From NCBI RefSeq assembly GCF_030028105.1, contig NC_092402.1, positions 62,669,110-62,733,109 of the forward strand: a stretch of 64,000 nucleotides of DNA. Reading direction: 5' to 3'. The notes under the pieces were generated by a model. The model was not told the origin of the DNA, made no database searches, and saw nothing but the letters and a program-made list of their open reading frames with translations. Made by a program: the position numbers and the translations under genes. This DNA is from Mobula birostris. Taxonomy: Eukaryota. This document shows positions 37,155-50,845 of the stretch, one piece after another. The stretch's first letter is position 1, and each line of letters starts with the position of its first letter.

Positions 37155-39505
37155 CAGAACAGTTCAGTATGGGTCCTTTGTCCCATGATGTTGTGCTAGA
37201 CTTTTAACCTGCTCCACATTCAATTGAACCCTTCCCTCCTACATAGCCCATAACCCTCCAGTTTTCTATCATCCATGTGTCTCTCTCTTTAGGGACATTT
37301 AAGAGAGTCTCTTAAATGCCCCTAACGAATCTGCCTCTACTACCACCCCCGGCAGTGCATTCCAGGCATCCAGCACTCTCTGTGTGAAAAAACGCATTGC
37401 TTGGACATCTCCCCTAAACTTACCTTCACTTGCCTTAAAAGGATGTCCTCTGGTAATAGCCATTTCCACCCTGGGAAAAGGCACTGGCTGTCCACTCTAT
37501 CTATGCCTCTTATAATCTGATATACAAGCATTGCACAGGTCTTCCAACACCTCTGCTCGAAGTCCTCAAAGTGTGAGGTCACTTCCATTTATCAAGCATC
37601 CTGATCTGAATGGTGGGAAGTGATTGTTTCTCTGAGAGACGACATCCCAATGGGGCCAGAAATGAGAAGAGGCAGCAGGGTCACACATGATTGGAAAGAG
37701 GTCCTTTTGTCCATTGAAATTCATGCCAGTCATCAAACCTACGCTAATTACATTTTATTCACCATGACACAGGGTTTTGACCCAAAACTTCAACGGTTCC
37801 TTTCCTCCCACAGATACTGCTTAACCTGCTGATTTTCTCCAGCAGATTGTTTGTTAAACCTGTCCATTTCTTTTTTAATAATATGGTGACCTTAAACTGC
37901 AAGCAGTTCTTGGAGCTTCCCCAAGTGAGGCCACACTTGAGGAGCTGAAGAGGGTGCAGAGAGGGTCACAAGGATGACACCAGAAGTTTGCGGCTCTGCC
38001 TATCAGAAAAGCACAGTTTGCTTCTCCTTTCTCCTGAGGAGGAGTGGCTGAGGGGTGACATATAGAGCCCTGTAATGATGGAGCTTTTGGTAGCCTGGAC
38101 AGAAGGAGATTGCTTCCACATGGTGGAGAGCATAACCGGAGGCTATCAATGTTGGAGAGTCATTCAGGAATCCAGCACAGAATTCTGACAAAACTTTACC
38201 CCAAGAGTGGTGGGAATGAGGAAGCCATACCTACTTTGAGCGAATGAAGTGAATGGGCTTTGCAGTTAAGGGAGCAGGAGGGAGAAAATCGATTAAGATG
38301 AAGAAATATAAGAAGGTGTTCCAGTGAAGCATAAAAGCTGGGGTGGACTGATTGGGCCGAAAGGCCTAGTTCTGTGATAGACACCATATTGAATATGAAT
38401 GGACCAAATGGGCTTTTAAATAACAATTAGATAGTTTCGTAGTTGCTATTACCAGCTTTTAATTGCACATTTATTTAATCACTTAAATTGCCAGAGCTGG
38501 AATTGTACTCGTGGCCTGATTAATGGTCTTGGCTTCTGGATGTTAGCCCAGTAGCTTAATGACTGTGCTGCAATAGCCCTTTCCCTGTGTGATATCACTC
38601 AACACTCTTCCAGGCAAATGTTGCACCCCTGTCTTGTACATAATAGGCGGAAAGGGCCAGGAGTTGAGCCCATCACCAAGGCACATGGCCTGTTCTTGCA
38701 ATCGGAGGATTTAAGTACATGATCCAGTCAACTTTCCAGACAGTGAGGACACTGACTCACTGCTGATGGGAGAATTCATCAGTAATCATCTCATTAGATG
38801 TCAAGTGGAGGTTATTAGACTCTCTCTCTCTTTGTAGTTGACCACTCTATGGTGCTACTTGTTGCTAGCTTCCGTGCTTGAGTCTCCGGAGGGGGCTTGA
38901 ACATAAGAACAGGAACACATAGAGAGATACAAAGAGCGTAGAGCATAAAACAGAACAGTAAAGTACAGTACAGGCCTTTCATCCCACAATGTTCTGCCAG
39001 CCCTTTAACCTACTCTAAGATAGGTCTTCCCTCTCACATAACCCTCCTTCTTTCTTACGTCCATGTGCCTATTAAGAGTCTCCTAAATGTCCCTAATATA
39101 TCTGCCTTTACCGCCATCCCTAGCAGAGTGTTCCCCATTCCTACCATTCTTTGTGTAAAAAACTTACCTCTGACATTCTTCCTCTACATTCCTCTAATCA
39201 ACGTAAACTTATGCCCCCTCATATTAGCCAGTACCAACCTGAGTGAAAAACTCTGGCTGTCCACTCAATCTATGCCTCTTTTTATCTTGTACACCTCTAT
39301 AAAGTCACCTCTCGTCCTCCTTTGCTCCAAGGGGAAAGCCCTAGCCCACTCAACCTCTCCTCATGACACGCTCTCAATCCAGGCAGCACCCTGGTAAATC
39401 TCCTCTGCACCCTCTCTAAAGCTTCCACATCCTTCCTATAATGAGGTGACCAGAACTGAACACAAACTAGACTAAAGTGTAGTCTAACCAGAGTTTTATA
39501 GATAC
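37155..39505 (-). mobile_element. Region with several CR1 3' fragments (37155-37525 and 38935-39505 minus strand; older plus-strand piece at 37900-38380)
   Basis: RGIDRVDSQCLFP and FFTQRVLDAWNALPG motifs. Confidence 0.7.
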
Positions 39506-40934
39506 ATCATGGAGACAGGTCCTTCCGCCCACTGAGTCTGTGCTCACCATGAAGACCATATTGTTCCCATTTTATTCTCCTCACATTCCCATCAACTCTT
39601 CCTCTCCCTCCCCAGATTCTAGCCCTCACACTGTAAAAAGGGTTTTACTGCAGATGTGAGAGGGAACTAGAGCACGTGGGGGAAACCCACGCAGTCACAG
39701 GGAGAACATGCAGACTCCACATAGACAGCACCTGAAGTTGGAACCAGATCTCCAGAGCTGTGAGGGAGCGGCTATACCCGTTATGCCATAAGAACTTAAG
39801 AACACGACAAGAAATTAGGAGCATAATAACACCAGGAACATATGAAACAAGAATCGAAGAAAGTAGGAGCAGGATTAGGCCACTCAGACCCTCAAGTCTG
39901 CCCCGCCACTCAGTATCACCTTGGCTGGTCTGCCCCTGGCCTCATCTCTTCTGCACCAGTTCCCCATACCCCCTGAACTTCCAACGATTTATTTAATGCC
40001 TCTTTAAATACCCTCAATTACCCAGCCTCTGCACACTCCAGGCTCAACGACTGCATAAAGTTGTTCACGGTCACCTCAGCTTTAAATGACCACATTTTGT
40101 AACTACGTTCCCTCACAGAACATAATGTGATGCCTGAGCTGAGCATGATGTCAAATTAAACTAAATCTCTTCTCTCTTCTCCTCTCCAACGGGGCAGAAG
40201 ATACAAAAGCCTGAAAGCACGTACTAACAGGCTTAAGGACAGCGTCTATCCGGCTGATACAGGACTACTGAATGATCTCCCAGTACAATAAGATGGACTC
40301 TTTACCCCACAATCTACCTGGTTGTGACCTTGCAGCTTATTGTCTGCCTGCACTGTGCTTTATCTGTAACACTTTACTCTGCACTCTGTTATTGTTCTTG
40401 TCTTGTACTATCTCGACGTACTGATGTGATGAAATGATCTGGATAGTTGGCAATGTTTTTCACTGCTCCTTGGCACATGTGACAATAATGAACAATGATC
40501 ATTTCTGCTTGTCCCTCTGCCCTGCATATTCATGTACCTATCTAAGAGTCTCTTAAATGCCCCTATCCTATCCAGCACGTTGGAGGCACCCACCAGTCTG
40601 TGTAAAAAACCTTTCCCTACACATCTCATTTGAAACTTCTCCCTGTCCCCTTAAATCCATACACTGTAGTATTTGACATTCCTACACTGGGAGGAAGATC
40701 CTGATTGTCTACCTTATTTAATCAGACAAGAGCAGTTTCAGTGGGCCACAGATGACTCCTTCTGTGCAATCTGAAAACTTTTAGCTACTTTGCCTGACCG
40801 AGAAGTTGGTTTAATTGTTGGCTGGCCTTATCCATTTCCACCTCCCATGACAGGAATGTAGAGTTGGACTTTGAGAGGTGATTTACACTGTAGCCTTCAG
40901 AGATTAATGTATTGAGTACAGCAGTTCAGATCAT

Positions 40935-41450
40935 CTACCCTATTGCAAAGATATCAATAAAATTGAAAGAGTGCAGAGAAAATTTACAAGGACGTTGTCG
41001 GGACTTGAGGACTTCAGTTACAGGGAAAGATTAAACAGGTTAGGAATTTTTTCGCTGGAGCACAGGAGAATGAGGGGAGAATTTATAGAGGTATACACAT
41101 TATCAGAGGTATAGATAGGGTAAACACAAGCAGGCGTTATCTACTGAGGTTCTGTGAGACTGGAACAAGAGGTCATAGGTTAAGGGTGAACGGTAAAGTG
41201 GAACATGAGAAGGAACCTCTTCACTCAGAGGGTTGTGAGAGTGTGCAATGAGCTGCCAGCAGAAGTGGTGGATGTTAATTTGATTTCAACATTTAAGAGA
41301 AGTTTGGATATGTACATAGGTGGGAGGGGTATGGAAAACCATGGTCAAGGTGCATGTTGATGGGTTTTGGCAGTATAATAATTCAGCATGGACTAGATGG
41401 GCCAAAGGGCCTGTTTCTGTGTTGTAGTGCGCTATAGCTCTATGACTATA
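40935..41450 (+). mobile_element. CR1 3' fragment
   Basis: ERVQRKFTR...RGIDRV...FTQRVV motifs and ctctatgact tail. Confidence 0.8.
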
Positions 41451-44400
41451 ATGGCGTGTGTTTACACATTGGAAACTGACGTCCAGGGACAACAAGCCAA
41501 CTTCGAAGAGTTCATACCAGAACTGGAGGTACTGGTGTCTGCTCTTGGTTTCCATGGGTACTGTCCCATAATGAGAAGCTCAGTGGTTGTGGAACTAGCC
41601 TTGAATTTAAATTGATCTTACCAAGGTGACAGAGGAGGGTGCACACAGTTTCCTGAGGTCAGTGCACACTGTGACCGATGCTGGGAGATTGGACAGCAGA
41701 TGTGAACATATTCAGACTGAGACAGGAAGCCACAGCCAGGTAGGACTTACACAGCCAATGGTCAGGACCTGGGTAATGTTGTAGAATACAGATGGCCCAT
41801 TTGGGTTCACCCCCCTCCACGTGCTCCGATTTCCTCCCACATCCCAATGACTTGCGGATTGGCGATTTAATTGGCTACTATAAATTGTCCCTAGTGTTTA
41901 GGAGAGGGAAACTTGTTGAGAACGTGAGGAGAATAAATAGAATCAGTGTAAATGGGTGGTTAATGGTCAGCACGGACTCAGGGGGCCAAAGGACCTGTAT
42001 GACAATGAAAGTCGCTGGGTGTCAGGTTGGTCTTAAGAGGTGAAGTGAGTTGGTGTTGCATCTGTTCTTTAGAGGATTTGACAGGGCAGATAATGGGAGG
42101 ACATTTTCCCTTGCTGAGGAATCTGGAATCAGGGGCAAAGTCTCCAAATAAGAGGTAAACAGTTCAGGACTGAAATGAGGAGAAATTACTTCCCTCAGGG
42201 GATGGCGAATCTTTAGAATTCTTGACTTGGGGGCTCCATCAGCGATTCCATTTAAAAAAGACATTGATATGTACTGGTAATCGGTAGTTGGTTTATTATT
42301 GTCACACATACTGAGGTACAGTGAAACACTTTTGCATAACACCCATACAGATTATGTCATCAAATCAGTGCTTTAAGATAGTTTAAGGGAACACAATAAC
42401 AAAATGCAGAATAAAATGTTATAGCTTCAAAGAAAGTGCGGTGCATGTAGGCAATAAGGTGCAAGGCCATTACAAGGTAGATCGTGAGGTCAAGAGTCCA
42501 TCTTATTGTACAAGAGGTCCGTTCAAGAGTTTGATAACAGGGATAGAAACTGCCCTCGAGCCTGGTAGTATGTGCTTTCAGGCTTTCGTATCTTCTGCTC
42601 GATGGGAGAAAGGAGAGGAGAGAATGACATGGGTGGGTGTGATCTTGGATTATGCTGAATAATTTACCAAGGCAGCAAGAAGTCCATGGAGACGTGGCTG
42701 GTTTCCGTGATGTGCTGATCTGCGTGCACAATTCTCCGCAGTTTCTTGGAGTCTTGGGCAGAGCAGCTGTTGTACCAAACCATAATGCATCAGGACAGGA
42801 TGCTTTCCGTGATGAATAGATAAAAAATTGGTGGGTGTCAATGGGGTCAGAGAACATTTTGATATTAGAGGAATCAAAGGACAGAGAGATGGTGAAGGAG
42901 ACTGATGTTTGATCTAGAAGGTCAGCCATGGTCTTATTGAATAGCAGGACAGATTTGACAGGGTGAATGGCCTAATCTTGCTCCTGTTCCCAATATCCTG
43001 CCCTCAAAGCAAGAGAATCATCTGCCTCAGAAGAGTTTCAACAGAAAGAAGTGGGGCTGGGGATGGAGTACAGTGCACGTTCCTCTATCAACTGCGTCCT
43101 GTCAGTACTCAAAAGGTTCATTTCAGACAGGTTGTCTGATGATAAGAATGGAATGCAGCAGCTAACTTGATGCAGGCTGTGTGGCTGTCCACGGTGTGCA
43201 AGTCATGGCATGCCCCAGGGTCACAGTTATGAATCTAAAGATATGTTCCCAGACTTACAGAAGACAACACAAAATTCTGCAAGTTTCCAAGGGAACGCCA
43301 CGTGACATCGGCGATCATTCTGGGACTCGTGCCTCTCCTGCATGTGAAGTGAGGGATCTCTGTGCATAGCACAGAAGATTGCAAGCATTGATTGGGAAGT
43401 CAGGTTCGTCAATGACCCCACCCACCCCGGACATTCTCTCTCTCCCCTCTCCCAATGGGCAGAATTTACGAAAGCCTGAAAGCACAGACCACCAGGCTCA
43501 AGGACAGCAACTTTCCCGCTGTTATAAGACTACGTACTGAATGGTTTCCTAGTACGATAACTTGAACTCTTGATCTCACAACCTACCTCATTTTGGTCTT
43601 CCATCTTACTATTTACCTGCACTGAACTTTCTCTGTAGCTCTTACATGTTATTCCACACTGATGTTGTTTTACATTGTTCTTCCTTAATGCACTGTGTAA
43701 TGAATTGATCTGTATGAACAGTATGCAACGCAAACTTTTCACTGTATCTCGGTACATGAGACAATTAAAAACCAGTACCAACACCAATACCAACCCTTGA
43801 TACCACCTCATTTTCAGTCCCCCCCCCACCTTCATCCCCACTTTTGCAATCTGCCCCAGTGCACTCACTGTTAAACAATGCTCCAAACTGGGGCAGGAGT
43901 CTCGCAAGATTAGCCCAACCCGTAGAGTTTTTGTAAAGCATTTGCTTTGAGGCCAGTTCTTTGTACTGATTTGAATGGCTGCAATCTAGCCAATCTGTGC
44001 AAATGAAGCTTGAGATAAAAGATAAGATTCAGGGGACAGTAGAGGCATCTTCCCCCCCCCCCCCCCCCGCTCACGCCTTGAATCATGTTACACCTTGGTG
44101 GATTTTCACCTCCCCCTCCAAGACACTGACGGACAGCCCTCAGCACCAACAACGCCATCCTTGCTGCTTTGCATCGTTTGATCTTTGCGGACTCTCAGGG
44201 TTCGGAAGGTATCCGGTACAGTTCCTTCTTTCCTGGGCAAATCCAAAATGGGAATATAAAGGTCTGTCAGTGCTGGCTATTTGGAAAATAATAGGAATGT
44301 GGAATTTAACCCCATATAAGCAATCTTTGGATCCACAGTTTAGTAAGGCATGCAGATGAAACATCTGAATATCCAGTTGCCCCACTCCCTGTCTCCTGCA

Positions 44401-44597
44401 ACATAACGAATTTCACAACATAACAAATTTCACGACACATGCCAGTGATATTAAACTTGATTCTGATTCTGACATAACTGACTTTCTCTTGTTAATCAAA
44501 GTCACCACATTGGAGTAGAGCTACAGAAAGCACTTCTGCACCACCTTTCAGTCCTTTATCTTGTTCCTAAACACTTCACAACCAATAATGTAATACC

Positions 44598-45030
44598 CCT
44601 CTTCCCATCTCCCACTCTTTCCCCCTAGTCCACCTTACACCTCCTCCCCTCCCTCTCCCCTCTCCCCCTCCCCCTCCCCACTCTCTCCCTCCACTCCTAC
44701 CTCCCCATCTCCCCCTCTCATCTTCTCCCCCACACTCCCCGTCCCTTCTCCTTCTCCCATCCCCTCCCTTTCCCCTTCCCCCTCACCCCATCTCCCTTTC
44801 CCTCTCTCTGCCTCCCACTCCCCCCTCTTCCCTCCCCTCCCTCAACCTCTCCCATTCTCTCCTCTATCTCGGCCACCTCTCCCCTGCACCTTCCCCTCCC
44901 CCACCCATTGCCCCTCTCCTCCTCCTCCTCCTCCTCCTCCTCCTATTCCCCTTCTCCTTCTCCCTCTTCCTCTCCCTCTCCCTCTCACCCTCACCCTCTC
45001 CTTCTATCTCTCCCTCTCTCTCTTTCTCCT
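44598..45030 (+). repeat. C-rich polypyrimidine low-complexity tract including (CCT)n
   Basis: Directly visible. Confidence 0.95.
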
Positions 45031-45392
45031 GTCTGCATTCACTTTGGCTTCACATCAGGGACTGACTAGGTTTCAAAATAAACTGCTCTGTTACCCATCT
45101 GTAATGCCAAGAGGAAGTCAAGTTCATCCTCTAGTCAGACCTTTGGCTGCCATTTCATGCAGCTGGAACTGCGGCTTCAAATGAGAACGTGAAGGAAGCC
45201 TGACAGCTGTAACAAGCTGTCCTTGTGATCTTGATCTTCACAGACTAATCCTGTGCCCATTCACCACTTTCCAACCATTCAGCAACCTCATCTCTTTCTT
45301 CTTTAGTTGTGCGGGTGACAGACCCTTCAGCCACAGAGTCTGTACTGACTTTCAGCACATATTTACACTAATCCTACACTCATCCCATTAAA

Positions 45393-46027
45393 TATGTGGT
45401 TCAGAAGGCATACGGTGCATTGGCCTTCATCAATCGTGGGATTGAGTTTAGGAGCCAAGAGGTAATGTTGCAGCTATATAGGACCCTGGTCAGACCCCAC
45501 TTGGAGTACTGTACTCAGTTCTGGTCGGCTCACTACAGGAAGGATGTGGAAACCATAGAAAGGGTGCAGAGGAGATTTACAAGGATTTTGCCTGGATTGG
45601 GGAGCATGCCTTATGAGAATAGGTTGAGTAAACTCGGCCTTTTCTCCTTGGAGCGACGGAGGATGAGAGGTGACCTGATAGAGGTGTATAAGATGATGAG
45701 AGGCATTGATCGTGTGGATAGTCAGAGACTTTTTCCCAGGGCTGAAATGGCTAACACGAGAGGGCACAGTTTTAAGGTGCTTGGAAGTAGGTACAGAGGA
45801 GATGTCAGGGGTAAGTTTTTTACACAGGGAGTGGTGAGTGCGTGGAATGGGCTGCTGACAACAGTGGTGGCGGTGGTGGAGGCAGATACCATAGGGTCTT
45901 TTAGAGACTCCTGGATGGCTACATGGAGCTTAGAAAAATAGAGGGCTGTGGGTAAAGCCTGGGTCGTTCAGTATAGCTTTGTGGGCTGAAGGGCCCGCAT
46001 TGTGCTGTAGGTTTTCTATGTTTCTAA
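45393..46027 (+). mobile_element. Young CR1 3' fragment inserted into a minus-strand V-SINE (45310-46250)
   Basis: 181-aa open frame LYRTLVRPHLEYC...RGDLIEVYK; V-SINE sequence on both sides. Confidence 0.85.
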
Positions 46028-46434
46028 TTCTCCTCACATTCACATCATCTCCCCCCAGATTCTACCAACCCACTTACACATTAGAGACAATTAATTTGCC
46101 GACGCGCACGTCTTCGGGAGGTCGGAGGAAACCAGGGCACTCCAGGGAACCCCACGCTGTCACAGGGAGAACGTGCAAACTCCACATAGACAGCATCAGA
46201 AGTTGGGATTGAACCCAGGTCTCTAGAGCTGTGAGGCAGCGGATCTACTAACTCGACAGCATTCCTATTTACTTATCACATGTACATCGTAATATACGTC
46301 ATTTGCGTTAGCAACCAACACAAACTAAGGAGATTCTGGGGCAGGCCAACATAACATGCCTATGTTGCTCACCAGAACAGCACAGAACACAACAAGCAAT
46401 AAAACAACAACACAACAAGCCCCATTCCTCCCCT

Positions 46435-46772
46435 AAACACAAGAGATTCTGTTGATGCTGGCAATCCAGAGCCATACACACAAGATGCTGGAGGAACTCA
46501 GCAGGTCAGGCAGCATCTATGGAAAGGAATAAACAGTCGATGTTTCTGGCCAAGACCCTCCCAGCTTCTTACTTCATCCACCTTCCCCCTCGCCTGGTTT
46601 CACTTATCACCTGTCAGCTTGTACTCCTTCCCCTCCCCCCGCCTTCTTATTCTGGCTTCTATCTTCTTCCTTTCCGGTCCTGATGAAGGATCTTGGCCTG
46701 AAATGTCGACTCTTTTTCCTTACAATAGATATTGCCTGACCTGCTGTGTTCCTCCAGTATTTTGTGTGTGTT
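46435..46772 (+). mobile_element. Second-family PLE pLTR insertion with inverted 5' arm and a degenerate hammerhead (46676-46711)
   Basis: Inverted arms cacacaagatgctggaggaactcagcaggtcaggca / tgcctgacctgctgtgttcctccagtattttgtgtg; ggtc-ctgatga-aggatcttggcct-gaaatgtc-gact. Confidence 0.75.
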
Positions 46773-48603
46773 TCTCTTTCCTCTCACTCACCCTCCTACA
46801 CACACACTCCAGTACAGGCCTCTGGGCCTCCAGTCTACAGGCTTTACACCACTAAGTCACCCTGTAGTCATACAGCTTACTGTATGTTTATGTGAGTTAA
46901 TGAATATCCACTTGACCAGTTCAGTGAAGGAAGTGGGACAGCCCAATAAAAATTCACCCACTTTATGGTTAGCCTTGACGTTTGATATCAGGTTTTACAT
47001 TTCCTTTCACTGAAGCAAATATTTACATCAACATTCAAATTTTAAAATTTATGTCATTTTCATGACTATTCTCTGTGTTCTTCACACTGGTATAATTAAC
47101 CATCAGCAATCCGTGATTTATTTGCAAGCCACGTTACTTCAAGATGCTCATTTGCTAATATCACATAATGAGGCTGCAGCTTTGTTGACCTTTGTTTGCC
47201 CTTAAGGCTACTTACTGATACAGTGGATCCACCTGACCCATAAAATAGATGAAGCAGAGACAAACTGATTACTGTGACGTCAACACAGTGCCGCAGCGGG
47301 TAGAGCTGCTGCCGCCCAGCTCCAGAGACCAGGCTTCGCTCCCGACCTCAGGTGCTGTCAGTGTGGAGTTTGCATGTTTCCCCTGTGACCGTGTGGGTTT
47401 GCCACAGGCAGCTGTGCAGGGCAAGTCATTGGGAACATTTAAAGCGGAGGTTGATAGGTTCTTGGCTAGTAAGGGTATCAAAAGTTATGGGGAGAAGCAG
47501 GAGAATGGGTTTGAAAGAGATAATAAATCAGCCATGGATGGAATGGTGGAGCAGACTCAATGGGCTGAATGGCCTGATTCTGCTCCTGTACCTTATGGTC
47601 TTATGGTTGCCCCAGGGTGCACCAGTTTCCTCCCATGACCTAAGATGCCATGGAGGCCTACCATTAAGTAAGGGGTCCATGGCCCCCGGTTGGGAACCCC
47701 AGCTTGCGTTAAAGTCAGTTGTAGAATCTGTGGAGGGAGGTATTGAGGAGATTATGGGTATCTAGTGAGGCTGAACAGTTTGGGTCTGTCTCCTTTGGCG
47801 TTCAGAAGAATGAGAGGTGACCTTATTGAAACATATATGGTCCCGAGAGAACTTGATGGGGCAGAGATGTTTTCACAGCGTGAGAGTCTCGAATGAAGGG
47901 ACATGGATGCTGGATAAGGAGCTGATCATTTCAAACTGAGGGTGGTGAATCCTGGGAGTGATCTCAGCCAGCGGGATACAGAGGTGGGATCATTGGGGAG
48001 TATTTAAAGTGGAGGTGGATAATTGTTTGAAAGAGGGTACTGAGTATATAGAATGAGCTGCTACAGGAAGTGGTTGAGGCAAGTAGAAAAATAACATTTA
48101 AAAGACACATGGACAAATACGTGGATAGAAAAGGGTCAGAGGGATATGGGTCAATCAGGAGTAAATGGGACACCTTGGTCAGTATGGATGAGTTGGCTGA
48201 AGGGCCTGTTTCTGTGCTGTATAAATTTGTGACACTATTGGGGGACTGAGGTTATGGGAACTGCCACAGAGGAGGCCTGGCATCGATCAGCCATGATCTA
48301 CTTGAATAGTGGGACCAAGTGATCTATTCCTATATCGTTGTGGTTCTTGTGTCCCTCCTTTCCCAGCCTCCTGTTCACTTCCATCACTCCGCCTCCGGCA
48401 ACCATGCCTCCATCTGCCGAGGCCCTACGCTCCAGAATTCCCTCCCTAAACTGCCCCACCCCACTCCCACACTCTCCTGCCTTTACAATGCTCCTAAATA
48501 CCTACCTCTTTGACCCCGGGTGGGTTAGCATGCCTCAGTGTTAAGTTACTGAGCAATCACTCTGTGAAGTGTTTCAGGTGCTATATAAATGCACGTTGCC
48601 ATT

Positions 48604-49117
48604 GATATTGTCATCCTCTGTGTCATGGTGATTGCTCTCCCTTGTGTCCGATGATGACAGGAAGCCTGTGCGGGAGAGATTTTGAAGTGGAAAAGCCGCT
48701 GCACTCGGGCAGTCCCACTCTCTCGAACGCGGAAGTCCGGATCCAGTGCTACGAGCAGGCGTCACAAACTGGGGTCTTCCTTGGTTGCAGTGGATGACCG
48801 TGCTGTAGTGAGTGCCTTGTCGTGCCCTTCCATCTCCACGGAGCATTACAGAACCGCCTTCCTAGCCATTGGGCCTCACTGTAGATCTCGTCCACCCGAT
48901 CTGCCAGGACAGGCATGTCAGTGTCTCACCGGGGTGTGAGGCTGCCGGCCACCCTCACCTGGTTTAGTCCGCCTGTCAAAGTGGTGTACCAGACTGTCGC
49001 ACGCAAACAGCCACAGGTGAGAGCTGAGTGTCCAAAGGTCAGTGAGCTGCCCCAGCATGGACGTGACAAGCCCCTTCACCAGAGTTGCTACCCCTCCCTG
49101 GATACCCAATACATCCC
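48604..49117 (-). mobile_element. Non-autonomous RTE-type element, relative of 8712-9281
   Basis: Shared blocks cagggaggggtagca, cactcagctctcacctgtggct, ctaaaccaggtgaggg, ggtcatccactgc and cactggatcc in the same order. Confidence 0.7.
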
Positions 49118-49279
49118 AATCCGCTGCATCTCCAGCTCTTTAACTGTGACTGTAAAATAACACAGAAAACACAATTGCTGTGGCTAGCTCTTTTCCTTCC
49201 ATATCGGCTCTAAGAGTTCAGTCCTTTCTCCCTAACACCGGAAAATTATGCTCAGTCATTTTCCCGATCTTTAAACAAT

Positions 49280-49815
49280 ATGGTAAAGCAACGTTTGAAG
49301 TATTGTGTACAATTCTAGTCATCCTGCCATAGGAAGGATGTCATTAAACTGGAAAGCGTGCAAAAATGATTTATGAGGATGCTACCGGGACTGGAGGGTT
49401 TGAGTTATAGGGAAAGGCTGGGACTGTTTTCCCTCGAGTGTCGGGGAGGGGTGATTAAAGGATGACCTTATGGAGGCTTATAAAATCATGAGGGGCATAG
49501 ATAAGGTGGAAGGGCACAGTGATATCCCCAGAGCAGGGAAGTCCTAAAAAAGGGAGCGAAGCGAGAGGGGAAAAATTTAAAAGGGATCTGAGGGTAAAGT
49601 TTCTTTTTGCACAGAGGGTGATGGGTATATGGAACAAGCTACCAGAGAAGTGGTTGAGGCTGTGTTTAAAAGACAGGTACATGGATCAGAAACATTTAGA
49701 AGGCTATGGGCCAAACACAGGCAAGTGGGACAAGCTCAGGTTGGCAACTTGGCTGGTATGGCCAAGTTGGGCCGAAGGGCCTGCTTTCTCTGCTCATCAC
49801 TCTATAGCTCTATAA
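49280..49815 (+). mobile_element. CR1 3' fragment
   Basis: FAQRVMGIWNKLPE motif and CR1 3' UTR. Confidence 0.75.
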
Positions 49816-50030
49816 CCACACTTTGACTGAGAAGAGATGTTTGCTATATCTTTAAATATATACATTTTATTTTTATTGGTGTTCATCTATCTGAGACAAT
49901 TTTACACTCTTAACATCCAGTCTAAACACTGAGTTCAGAACTAGGACTGAAGCTTCCTCAAGGAAGAGGAGAATGAAATGAGTTAGGGTGCAATTAGTCT
50001 GGTTTGCAGTCAGCACAAGCCTGGTGGGTC

Positions 50031-50845
50031 AAAGGTTCAAAGGTCCAATTTAATGTCAGAGAAATGTTTACAATATACATCCTGAAATGCTTTTTCTTTG
50101 CAAACATCCACGAAAACAGAGAAGTGCCCCAAAGAATGAATGACAGTTAAACGTGAGAACCCCAAAATCCCCCACCAGCTCCCCCCTCCCGCGTGTAAAA
50201 GGCGGTGAGCACCAATCCCCCTCCCCTCCCCTCCCCACCGGCAAAACACAAAGCGCACCCACTACCAAGCACAAGTGTGAGCTAAGCAATAGCAAAGACA
50301 CAGACCTCGCAGTTACCCCAAAGACTATTGCAATTCATCCGGCATTCGGCAACCCACAGGTTTTCTCTCTCCCTGAGGTGTCCCCCATTTTCACAGCGAG
50401 TGGGGGGACATAACAACAACCTGCTGGTTTACAATATTAAAAAGTCAGTTTTGTTGCTTTTTACAAGCTCTGTGCCCAAAGATGACAAAGATCTCGGGTC
50501 TTCGGGCCCACAGCAAAAGATTTTCCGACCTCCCCGATGACACACGAGTCTCCTGCCATGACACAGACCCTCGATCCGCCCAGCTCCAGAGCCCCAAGAT
50601 TTTAGGCTTCCAAACATGATCGAGACTCTCAGGCCGAACCCTTGGAGTGCCGAACCTTGGCCGGTCCTGAAACCCCAAGAACGGGTCCCATTCCCGCAAA
50701 GAACCAAAGTCTGTGTGTAACTCCAGGTCAGGATCTTCAAAAGAACCCTGAAAGGGAAAATTAAAGATGTTAAGGATGGAAATAGAGCTGTTTCCAAAGA
50801 TGCAAAAGCAAAGGAGTCGCCGTTTAGCGCCATCTTAACTCCGCC
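50031..50845 (-). mobile_element. About 815-bp non-autonomous LINE-type element (starts ggcggagttAAGATGGCG, ends with attaaa and a ctttgaac-type tail)
   Basis: CpG-rich, no credible ORF; same 5' motif as 14692-15354; splits a CR1 3' UTR. Confidence 0.65.
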